Source: the human T2T-CHM13v2.0 reference genome, Homo sapiens
Assembly (NCBI RefSeq): GCF_009914755.1
Contig: NC_060931.1
DNA length: 64,000 bases
Direction: 5' to 3' (one strand)
Below the pieces are notes generated by a model. The model did no database searches and was not told where the DNA came from. It saw only the letters and a program-made list of their open reading frames with translations. This document shows positions 39,681 through 49,941 of this stretch, piece after piece (the first letter of the stretch is position 1; each line of letters opens with the position of its first letter). Made by a program: the position numbers and the translations under genes.

Positions 39681-39801
39681 TCCAAGCCCAACCACACCCC
39701 ATTCAAGCCCCACCACACCCCATTCAAGCCCCACCCCTTCCAAGCCCCACCCCTTCCAAGCCCCACCCCTTCCAAGCCCCATCCCTTCCAAACCAGCCCT
39801 T
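39681..39801. repeat. C-rich minisatellite: two 21-bp units, then about four 16-bp units CCAAGCCCCACCCCTT
   Basis: Tandem units are directly visible. Confidence 0.9.
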
Positions 39802-42118
39802 GTTCTGATTTTGCTCCTCATTCTGCTCCCTGGCAGGGTCAGTTACTGAAGGCTGTGGGAGGGGACCCTCTGTGTTGTGGTCTGTAGGGATGAGGAAGAT
39901 AGCGAGCTTGTGCCCCAGGATCGGGACCCTCCAGAAGCTGGCTGATCCCTCACAGACTAAGTTGACCCTCCTATGGCACTGGGCCCTCAGGGTTCTGCTC
40001 CTGGGCCAGGAGGGAACACGAGACTGTTCCAGGCAGGGCAACTGTTTCTTCAGATGCCTTGTCCGTGCATGCACACGTGTGGTGCACTCCTGGTGAATGG
40101 GACATCACAGGTGGTCACACTGGGCCCAGGTACTGTCGCCAGGACGAGGCAGGAGCAAGGAGGGCCCGAGAGACCTGGGAGTGGTTGGCCTGAGGAGCTG
40201 CAGCCCCAGGGAGTGGGTCCTTAGTCCCGCTTCTGCTCCAAGAGCTGTCACTAGGTGGAGGGTGCAGGAAGTGTTGGATCTGCGGCCTGCAGGGAAGCAC
40301 TGGGACAGGGGGCTGAGTTCCCGGAAGCCACATGTAAGGAGCAGCCTTCGGAGCTGGCCCACGGTGGGACCAGCTGCCCAGGAAAATGACCAGGGCCCCA
40401 CCAGGGGAGCACCCACGTGGGGGTTAGTGGCCCTCCAGCAGGGATTCCTCCGGGGGATTCCAGAGTCTGAACATGTGTGCTCCCAGGCTGCCTTTGCGAG
40501 GCCTTCAGATCCCCAGGCTCCATGAGTCCAAGCTCTGCCTCCTGCTGGAAGGCTTTGTGACTTCTGCCCTCCTGATCAGCTTCTCCCCCACCACTCCAGG
40601 TGTTTGTGAGTCTGGGCACCCTTCCAGCCTTCGAACCTAGGGCCTGGACCTCCTCTGTCCACCCATCCTCAGGCTCAGCGGGTAGAGAAGGGCAGGAGAT
40701 AAGGGCAGACCCATGATGCAGGCCTGGCAGGCCCCTCCATCTTGGCTAGCCCTGAAAAATGGCCACTTCCAAAGCCTCTGGTTCTCGAACACCAAGGGCT
40801 TGGGGAAGGACCCTCATCCCCCACACCCAGGTGGCTGCTAGTGCTGCTGTATTTAGCCTTCTTCACAGGCCTGGGCCTGGCGTGGGGACCCAGGCTTCCT
40901 GAGTTCCAGGCCCTGCAGCCCTAACCACATCTGGCCCTGGCTCTTCAAAGGCCCCCGTGATGCCAGCCTGGAGTGGGGTGTTCAGGGAGGAAGTGGGGAC
41001 ACGGGTCCTGCCTCGGTCATGAGGCAAGTCCTCTGCTCTGCTGCATGCCCTGCCGGCGGCCACTTTGCTGTTTATGGGGCTGGGGAGGAGTAGGTCGAGA
41101 CTGGTTCGCTGTGTATGACATTGGGGAAGTTAACTGAGCCCATGGCCTCAGTTTATTTTGGTGCTATGGGGTTGTAATGGCCTGCAGATCCTGCTGCTGT
41201 GATGTTCCAACGCTCTGGTGACAGGAAGGCCTGGAGGATGTGGCATGGGGGGCTTGTGAGGTGGCTTCCCAGGACCTGTGTACCTGTAGAGCAACATCAT
41301 AAAGCAGGAGGTGTGTGTGCTGGGGTGAGGCTGGGGAGCTGGGAGCTGGCTGAGACAGGGGGCCAGGGCAGGGGACCATGTCATCATTTTCTCATTAGGT
41401 GAGACAGTGATCTGTCCATGTGAGATGATCTTGCTGGCCCTGTGGGCTCCAGGAATGTTGGCTTCACATGAATAGATTTACCAGATGGACCTCAGAGGGA
41501 GGGGGATCTCTGGGTGGACAGGGGCAACGGTAGGCCCTGCCCACCCTTCCTTCCACCCTTCCAGGCCTCACCCACTGCAGCCCCTGCCCACAGCATCCTA
41601 GGGGAGAAAGACCAAAGGAGTGTTGCCCCACAGGTGGCCCTGCCCCATCCCTGCTCTTGGTGGCCCAGCGTACCTTCCTAACAGTGCCTGGTGGGCTGGC
41701 AGATGGCAGGTCCCGTTCAGCTTTGAACACCTTCCCAAGCTGCCTGAACATGGAGCCTGCTCCCCACCCACCTGGCTGTGCATAGAGAACTGGGTCAGGC
41801 CTAGTCTCTGCCCTACTCAGGGTTTGGGGTACCGTCTGGAGATAGAGACCAGGACACATATATCAAAGTGGGCCCCAAGAGGGGGCCCAGGAAGCAATGC
41901 AGTCACAGAAACACCCATAGCTTCTCTGTTCTGCCATTTAAACTCAGCTCTCGGTGAGGACAGGAGGTGAGGGAGGTCCCTGGATGAGGGGCAGCACAGG
42001 TGGCAACCGCTGTGAGCACTCAGAGGGGCCAGAGAGACAGGCTCAGGGCTGCAGGTGGTGGAGGCCACAGTGTACATGGCACAGGGCTTCAGAGGTGGCA
42101 GGGTGATAGTGACCACAG

Positions 42119-42296
42119 TGTGCATTGCTCCATGTGTGTGCATGTATGCACATGCGTGTCCTCACATGTGTATGTTCAGGCACACACATTTGTATATGTG
42201 TGCACACATGTACGGGTGTGAAACGTACATCGTGTGTGTGCAGATGTGTGTTGTCCGCGTGCACGTGTGTGTGCAAGTATGTGTTTGTGTGTACAT
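42119..42296. repeat. Degenerate (TG/TA/CA)n alternating purine-pyrimidine tract
   Basis: Directly visible. Similar tracts occur at about 975-1140, 50613-50745 and 54838-54920. Confidence 0.8.
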
Positions 42297-45200
42297 GAAG
42301 CCCATGCACTGTCAGAGGTGGAGGAAGGGTTAACCAGGCCTATTGCCAGGTCTATTGCCTGCTTGTGACTTGGCAGGGCCTGCGGCAGGGACTGCAGACT
42401 CATCCTGAGGGAGGAGAGGGTTAGGGACCCACCCTCCACCTGGAGCTTGTTGCACGGTCCATGTGAGCACAGCTGGAGTGTGCCCACCTCCAGCCCCACC
42501 CTGTGTGCTGCTGGCTGGTGCTGGTGGTGGCAGCGGTGGTGTCAGGGCCACATTATGACTTCTGTGTGCCAGGGTTCTTTGGCCTTCATGGGCCCTTTCC
42601 TCCAGACATTAAGATATTAGAAATTCAATTTTACAATTGCGTTGGCATTAAGATGAATACATGAGTCCTGGTGGTGAGGCCTGTTTGAACAGCCCTGAGT
42701 GCAGTGAAGAAGGAATTTCACCAAAGCTCTGGGGCTACCTGCATCTAGGCCGTTCCACCATTGGGCCCAGGAGGGAACATGAGACTGTTCCAGGCAGGGC
42801 ATCTGTTTCTTCAGCTGAAACTCACTGAGCTTTGCATGCTGGGAACACCGAAGAAGCCAGGGAAGCTTTGGCCTTTGAAGCAGCTGGCTTGAACCCGGAA
42901 GCTCCCAGAAGATCAGACTGGGCCAGGAGGCGGTGGGAGCAGTGTCAGTGGCCACGGCGCTCTCAGGAGGAGACAGAGCCAAGGAAGATGCAGTGGGAGA
43001 TGGCAGAGGCAGCAGCCACCAACGACAGGGTGGGACTCACGCCGGGGGACAGATGTCATGGGAGCCTCCAGGAGAGAGAGAAGTGGACAGAGAGTCCAGC
43101 ACCCAGAGACTCCCTGTGGAGACACCTGGCTGGAGGTGCGGGGTGGGAGGGGGTGGGGAAGGGGAGCATGAGAACCGCAAAAGGCCAGCAGATGGCCCAG
43201 AGCCATGAGGCAGTGGCTGCTGACTCTTCAGGGACTGTGGTGTCAATGGGGGGGTTGACAGGCCTCTATCTTGGCTGAGGCCCTGGTTGGAGATGCAAAA
43301 ACGTCAGGTCCTGGGGGGCTGGGAGAGTAAAAGGCAGGGTCTCCTGTGGATTCCTTTTGCTGCCCAGGCCTCTTGGTTCCTGGTCAGGGAGGGCACTTTT
43401 CTGAGTCCTTGCTGCAGCCTGAGGAGGAGGTGGCCTCTTGTTAAGCAGAGAAGGGAGGAGGAAGAGGCTGGGTGTGGCAAGCAGAACAGGCCAGGCAGGA
43501 CTGGAGACCCGGGGTTCCAGCCTAGCTCCACCCTGCCCCACCAGAAAACCCTCTGAGCCTCAGTTTCCCATGCACCAGAGGAGGGCGTCAGATCCGGTGC
43601 TATCTGACCCCCTCTCCCAATCCTGGTGCTTTGTAATCTAACAAGCCAATGTGGGAGACTTCTGAGGGAGCCCAGGTCGGGAGGAGCAGGATGGGAGGCT
43701 GCTGGGGCCTAGGAGAGAGGAGGAGCTCGGCGTAAGGATGTGCTCCAAAGCCACTTACACACATGACGCTTCCTTCCAGGGCCCCACAGCGCCGAGGCCA
43801 CTCCAGGCAGAGGCCCTTGTTTGCTCTGCCCTCCCTAAGGGTGTGGGCTGGCAGCCTGGCACAGATGCCACCCCCAGCTTTTTCTGCAAGTGAGGAATGC
43901 CTGCCCTTTCGGGCCAGCAGGGATTCCTCACCCTCAGGGCAGGGCTGGGGAAAATGTGAATTCACCCCTTCCTGGACTTCCTTCCCACAGAGTTGGGGTG
44001 GAAGTAGGGCCCAGCCTCCTCAGGGCACCCTCATTCTGAGAGTTCAGTTTGACTCTCAAATCTCTGCCCCCATCCCTGAATGCAGCACCTCAAGCCCTCA
44101 CGGACCCCAGCCTGGCTGATGGCAACTTTTTCCCATCCTGTCTCTGTGGCTCATCCTCTATGGCATGAAGCAGGGACCATTGCTGGAGAGTTGATGGTAA
44201 AACATCAGAAAACCATGCTTTCCAGAAAGAAATGAGTGCAGCATTATCCCTGCACCCCTAGGACAGTAAGCCTGGCCAGTGCTCAGGGCAGGCAGCGGCA
44301 GGGGTGAGGAGGGGGTGGGGGCAGGGAGAGAAGTGCATGGGAGGCAGTAGCCTAGAAAATTACTAAATTGTTCCAGCTCTGGTGAATCACTGGTGGCCTG
44401 CTAAATCCGCTTTTGATTTAAGAGAGATCGTGTGACACCTAAATGTTCAGGAATTATCTGTCAGACAGGGAGGAATTCACAGGCTTTGAGAGGTGGGTGC
44501 CTATCTCTTCTCTTGGGGGATTGAGATAGTCAGCAGATGCCACTAGGATCAGCCCCCACATGCCCAGCCCTGTGCTCAGCTCTGCAGCGGGGCATGGTGG
44601 GCAGAGACACAGAGGCCAAGGCCCTGCTTCGGGGACGGTGGGCCTGGGATGAGCATGGCCTTGGCCTTCGCCGAGAGTTCTCTTGTGAAGGAGGGGTCAG
44701 GAGGGGCTGCTGCAGCTGGGGAGGAGGGCGATGGCACTGTGGCAGAAGGAAGAGTGTGGGTGCCAGCACCCAGGCACGGCCAGCCTGGGGTATGGAGCCG
44801 GGGCCTCTGTCTAGAGCAGGAAGGTATGGTGAGGACCTCAAAAGGACAGCCACTGGAGAGCTCCAGGCAGAGGAACTTGAGAGGCCCTGGGGCCATCCTG
44901 TCTCTTTTCTGGGTCTGTGTGCTCTGGGCCTGGGCCCTTCCTCTGCTCCCCCGGGCTTGGAGAGGGCTGGCCTTGCCTCGTGCAAAGGACCACTCTAGAC
45001 TGGTACCAAGTCTGGCCCATGGCCTCCTGTGGGTGCAGGCCTGTGCGGGTGACCTGAGAGCCAGGGCTGGCAGGTCAGAGTCAGGAGAGGGATGGCAGTG
45101 GATGCCCTGTGCAGGATCTTTAAGCAGAGCCAGGAGCCACTGGTCAGTTGGGATGGATTCACTGGGAGGAGCATTTTCTGATTTTCACCACCTCCTTTCT

Positions 45201-46784
45201 TAGCAGCCTCAGGGACTGGGTCCTTTCTTCCCACCCTCCATCAGGGTTCTCTGCCCCAATTCAGGAAAGCCTGAATGATTCTGGAAAATTCATCCAAGCT
45301 GTGGGCGAGCTGATGGTGACTAGATGGTCAGGACCAGTCTGCTGTCTGAGTCCCCTCCTACCCCAAACTCCATCTTCCTGGTGGCCCTCCTGGAGGGAAT
45401 GAAGTCACTGTTTCCCCTAGCCAGGCTTGTGGGTGGGAAATCCCTGCTGGCCCCAGAGGAATGGTCCATCCCGCCTCAGCCCCTCTGCCCTGCACTTAGC
45501 AGAAGCTTCTGGCCAGTGATAGCCTCAGCCACACCCAAGGTCTGGACCCTCAGCCAACATCCGAGGCTCCGTCCACTCTCCTCCGGATGAAGCCCAAGGC
45601 TCTCCCACCGGGAGACGGGGCCCAGACAGTCCTGGGAACAGCCAGCTCTGGCTGGAACGTGGGTCACCCAGGCACGTCAGGAATGAGGCACATCTGGAAA
45701 AGCCTTTGCCGAGACCATTGCTGTCAGCAGGGCCAGGCAGTGCCCAGCTTCAGTGGCCTCAAGCCCCGCCCAGGGTTCAGAAGTGGGGGTGGGGGCTGCC
45801 CCCTTACTAGCTTGGCTCGGGCCCGAGTCCATGGGAGGACCCAGGAGCCAGCAGAGGGCGAGGGAACAGCACCTGCTAAGTCAGGAAGTCCTGGAAGAGA
45901 GCTGGGCTGCACACAGTACCTGCCCTGGAGCCCAGCCTCCTAGGGCTCACTGGGACCACAGGGGTGGCTCTGGCTGCCCTCAGCTCCTCTGTTGCCCACT
46001 CTTAGCCCGGTGCTTCCATTCCCACCCCACCACCCTAATTATACAGGGTTGTTGGAGGCTGTCCCCTCCCTCCCTCCCCACCCCCAACCCATCCTGGCAC
46101 CTCTCTGGGCCTGCAGCCCCCAGATTTTGTACTGGGATTTCTGTCTGGTAACCAGGTCATTGGGGGCCCTTCCTGACAGGTGTGCAGAGAACTGCATTTG
46201 GGCTCTGGGATGGGGGCATCCTGAGTTTTAGTGCCAGCTCTGCCTTTCCTTGGCAAGTCACTTACAATCTGAGCCTTTCGGGGTTGCAGGAAACAGGCCC
46301 CAGCTGGACACTGTGTCCTTTCTTCCTTTCTTCCTTCTCTGGTTGGCCTGGATTTGTGGCAGATCAGGGAAAAGGAGGCGGAGGGGTTGGAGACGTCCCT
46401 GGGCCTGGGGCTCCAGCGGCAAGCCTTTCCCCTTTTTAGCCACATGGCCGGGTAACAGCCACAGGGCCCCTCGGAGGTGGTGGGCACGTGAGCTCTGTAT
46501 TGGCATTCCTGGCCGTGCCTGCATTCTGGTGGCGCCTCCTGGCGACAGCCATGCCTTCCTCCAAAAGAATGGCACCATAATGGTGGTATTAAAGGCAGAG
46601 GCCACACTCACAAGGGGGAGAGGTTGGGAGATGCAAGGGGTGGTGGAGTGACACCCTGAGGACCCGCATAGCCTCCTGAGATTGGTGGGCACCTACTTGC
46701 CTGGACAAAAGTGCTTTGCCTGACCACTTCCCCCTGGTCCCCCTGGCCTCCTGCCCCAATGCAGAACAAGGGCTTCTGCTGAGT

Positions 46785-46785
<1 letters not shown>

Positions 46786-46830
<45 letters not shown>
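46786..46830. repeat. Perfect (CA)22 microsatellite about 2.7 kb upstream of AQP1
   Basis: Uninterrupted CA run of 45 nt. Confidence 0.97.
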
Positions 46831-46834
<4 letters not shown>

Positions 46835-47284
46835 CAATACCTCGATCATCAGCCACCGTGTCCTCACCTAACCTGCGGGCCCTCACACCAAGATGGAAAC
46901 TGCATGTGAACAGGAGCTGGTCTGTCTGGCTCGTGGCTGTCTCCCCTGTACACAGAGCAATGTCTGGCATGTGACACACACTAAACATTTATCCAACTAT
47001 ATGTTGGATAAATTAGTAAGTTCCAGATGACTCTCACCCACATGGGCCCCCTGGAAAATCATGGGTCCTCGGCTGCACAGATGCTGACCCAGCCACGGAC
47101 ACCATCATGGACACACGGGACATGCCTGGGTCCATGCAGGCCCGTTTTCCTGTCTCTGCCACTCTGCATGGCCACACTGGCCTGAGTTCAGTGGCTCCTT
47201 GCGGCCTGGTGCCTGCTCTGCCCCTGCTTCTTTCCTCAAGTCTTCTTGGCTGGGTCCCAGCACCCGACAGCCTCAGAACATAGC

Positions 47285-47301
47285 AGGGCAGGGACAGGTG
47301 A
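47285..47301 (+). promoter_or_regulatory. DR5 retinoic-acid response element AGGGCAgggacAGGTGA, about 2.2 kb upstream of AQP1
   Basis: Two RGKTCA-like half-sites spaced by 5 nt. Matches my recollection of the RARE reported for human AQP1. Confidence 0.65.
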
Positions 47302-49404
47302 GGGGAGGAGGAGGTGTGTATGTCCCTCAGTAGACATGGTCTACGGGAGATGCCCAGGAGCCTGTGGCCTGAAGGGAAATGGCCATGTTCCAGAGGACCC
47401 TGGTCTAAGGGGTGCCACCCCTGCCCTCAGGAGCCAGGTCTGCAGGAGAAACAGTTTGCCCTCCAAAACTTCAAGGTGAGGGGATCCTAGCCCTGCAGAG
47501 AGAGCTCTGGTTGGACGCCCCTGAAACTGACCAGAGAGCTCCTCATGTGGGTCAGTGTCCCTGCCAGGGCATGGGGCCAGGGGCCAGGGGCCAGGGGCAT
47601 GAGGGAGCCTCCCAGAGACTGGAATGCTGAGCCAGGGCTCCTCAGAGGAAAGGATGTAGAGGAGGGCCCAGGAAGTAGCCCAGTGGGGCCAGTTTCCTCT
47701 CCTGGACAGCTAAGAAAGTACTTATGACCTTCGGCCACCTGGGCTGTCTGAGCAGGCAGGGCCTGCTGGCCACCACCGTCCTGTACAGGCACTTAGGGGA
47801 ATGAATCTTCCCCACCTGCAGCCCCAGCAAACACACACCAGGCTGGTCCCTGGCAATTCACCCCAAGAGCCAGGCCACAGCTGGGCAGAGGGGTGGCCAG
47901 TAACAGCTGGTGTCATTCTCTGCAGGATAGCCCCTGGACAAGAGGCATAAGACCCACTCATCCTTGCCCTGCCCCAGGCACACTTAGAAAAGTCCTCTCA
48001 CCGGGCCTCAGTTTCCCACCTATAAATGGGAAGATGCCAACACGCCCGAGTGGGACTGTGGTGGGGCAGGCAGGAGGTGGGAGGAGAGCCCAGATCATCC
48101 CAGGCCTTCCCTAGGGGACGCAGGGGGACCCTCCCTTCTGGGCCTGGTTCTTCCAGCACGTTCCATGCAGCAGGCAAGAGGGCCAGGCCCAGGGGTTCCT
48201 GACAGCTTGCTGGCCCTGGAGTCCAGATTCTTGTTTGTTGGCTGGCGCTAGGCCTCTGGATTGGAGATGCCCGGGGCACAGGCGGCCCACGGGGATCTGC
48301 AGCAGGGCCTCGGCCCCTCCCTCTGCAGGGGCTCGTCTGGTCCCTCCCGCTCTCTGCCTCTCCTCATTTATCTCTCCCTTTCTGCTTCTTGGCTCTGGGT
48401 CCAGTCCTATCTCCCCTGTTTCAGTTTGTCTTTTCCTAGCCCTTTGCGCTCTCTCTGTCTCTCTCAGCCCTGCTTGTCTCACTGTCTCTGGCTGGGGGAT
48501 CTGTCTCTTTCACTTCCACTTTTGCTCTATTTCCCTGCTACTGTCTTTCCTTTCTCCTTGTCTGTCTCTTCTCCTCCCCTCAGCCAGCATCTGTCTGTCT
48601 CTGCCTTTCTCTCCTGCTCCCTCCCTCCCTCCTCTCCAGCACCTTCCAATGCCAGGTGGGGCTGCCATTCCTTCCACCTTCCCAGTGACCCGCCAGTGTG
48701 ACTGCCTTGAGAGGAAAGTCCTAAACTGTCCCTATCTTCACCAGCCTGCCCTCAAATCATTGGTTCAAATCGCTGTCGAGAAGTTTGGGAGCTCCCAGGG
48801 CGGGGGCTTTCTAACAGCTCTGCCTAGCTCGGGCCTGCCCTCAACCGCAGCATGCAGGGCAGCCACAGACAACCTCTCTGCAACTTCTGATGCCTCCGTG
48901 CCCCCATCCACAGAGCCCTGGCTCTGGGGGACTGGGGACTCTGGGACATCCCTAACATGGCATGCAGTGGCGGTGCGGGAGGACTTGACTGCCCCTCTGG
49001 AGCCCTGGGCCCGGGGACTCCAGGCCAGTGCCTCTCTGGGTCGGGATGGGGATGTCAGGCCAGCAGGATCATGGTACCTGCCTCCAGGGAGGGCAACGTC
49101 CACCCACTGAGTCCAGCCCGCCCACCCCACCCACTCCGGAGCACCTGGCTCTGCCCTCAGGAACTCCCTGAGCTTTGCACACAGGGCCGAGACACCTGGA
49201 TTTCTCTGGTTCCCTGAGTGGGGCCAGCTTGGAAGAATTTCCCAAAGCCTATTAGAGCAACGGCTGCCTCCTGCCTGCCTCCTTGGGCTGGGCAGGGCTG
49301 AGGGCGGAGGGAGAGAGAGAGAGAGGGAGGGGGAGAGGAGGAAGGAAAAAGTTGGCAGGCCGACAGCACAGCCGTGTCTGCATCCATCCAGAGGAGGTCT
49401 GTGT

Positions 49405-49557
49405 GGTGTGGGGCGGGCCAGGAGCGAAGAGAGGCCTTCCTCCCTTTGTGCTCCCCCCGCCCCCCGGCCCTATAAATAGGCCCAGCCCAGGCTGTGGCTC
49501 AGCTCTCAGAGGGAATTGAGCACCCGGCAGCGGTCTCAGGCCAAGCCCCCTGCCAGC
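49405..49557 (+). promoter_or_regulatory. AQP1: AQP1 core promoter and 5' UTR: GC boxes, GCTCCCCCC element (49450-58), TATA box (49471-78), TSS near 49501
   Basis: GGGGCGGG at about 49410 and CCCCGCCCCC at about 49455-65. TATAAATA lies about 30 nt upstream of the inferred start. Good Kozak context gccagcATGG, in locally CpG-rich DNA. GCTCCCCCC matches the hypertonicity-response element as recalled. Confidence 0.85.
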
Positions 49558-49941
49558 ATGGCCAGCGAGTTCAAGAAGAAGCTCTTCTGGAGGGCAGTGG
49601 TGGCCGAGTTCCTGGCCACGACCCTCTTTGTCTTCATCAGCATCGGTTCTGCCCTGGGCTTCAAATACCCGGTGGGGAACAACCAGACGGCGGTCCAGGA
49701 CAACGTGAAGGTGTCGCTGGCCTTCGGGCTGAGCATCGCCACGCTGGCGCAGAGTGTGGGCCACATCAGCGGCGCCCACCTCAACCCGGCTGTCACACTG
49801 GGGCTGCTGCTCAGCTGCCAGATCAGCATCTTCCGTGCCCTCATGTACATCATCGCCCAGTGCGTGGGGGCCATCGTCGCCACCGCCATCCTCTCAGGCA
49901 TCACCTCCTCCCTGACTGGGAACTCGCTTGGCCGCAATGAC
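49558..49941 (+). CDS. AQP1: Aquaporin-1 exon 1 (aa 1-128; TM1-3, first NPA, N42 glycosylation site, Ala45 = Colton a)
   Basis: Translates to MASEFKKKLFWRAVVAEFLA...SGAHLNPAVT...LGRND. 384 nt, donor GTgagt at 49942. Codon 45 is GCG at 49690-92. Confidence 0.99.

Noticed and set aside
48235-49110. Longest ORF in the track (291 aa, Leu/Ser/Pro-rich and hydrophobic)
   Set aside because: It has a non-ATG start, and its length is explained by an A-poor CT-rich tract that rarely forms stops. I recognise no domain.
49252-49940. Antisense and alternative-frame ORFs over AQP1 exon 1
   Set aside because: These are shadows of GC3-rich coding sequence. The alternative + frame starts at a GTG upstream of the inferred TSS.
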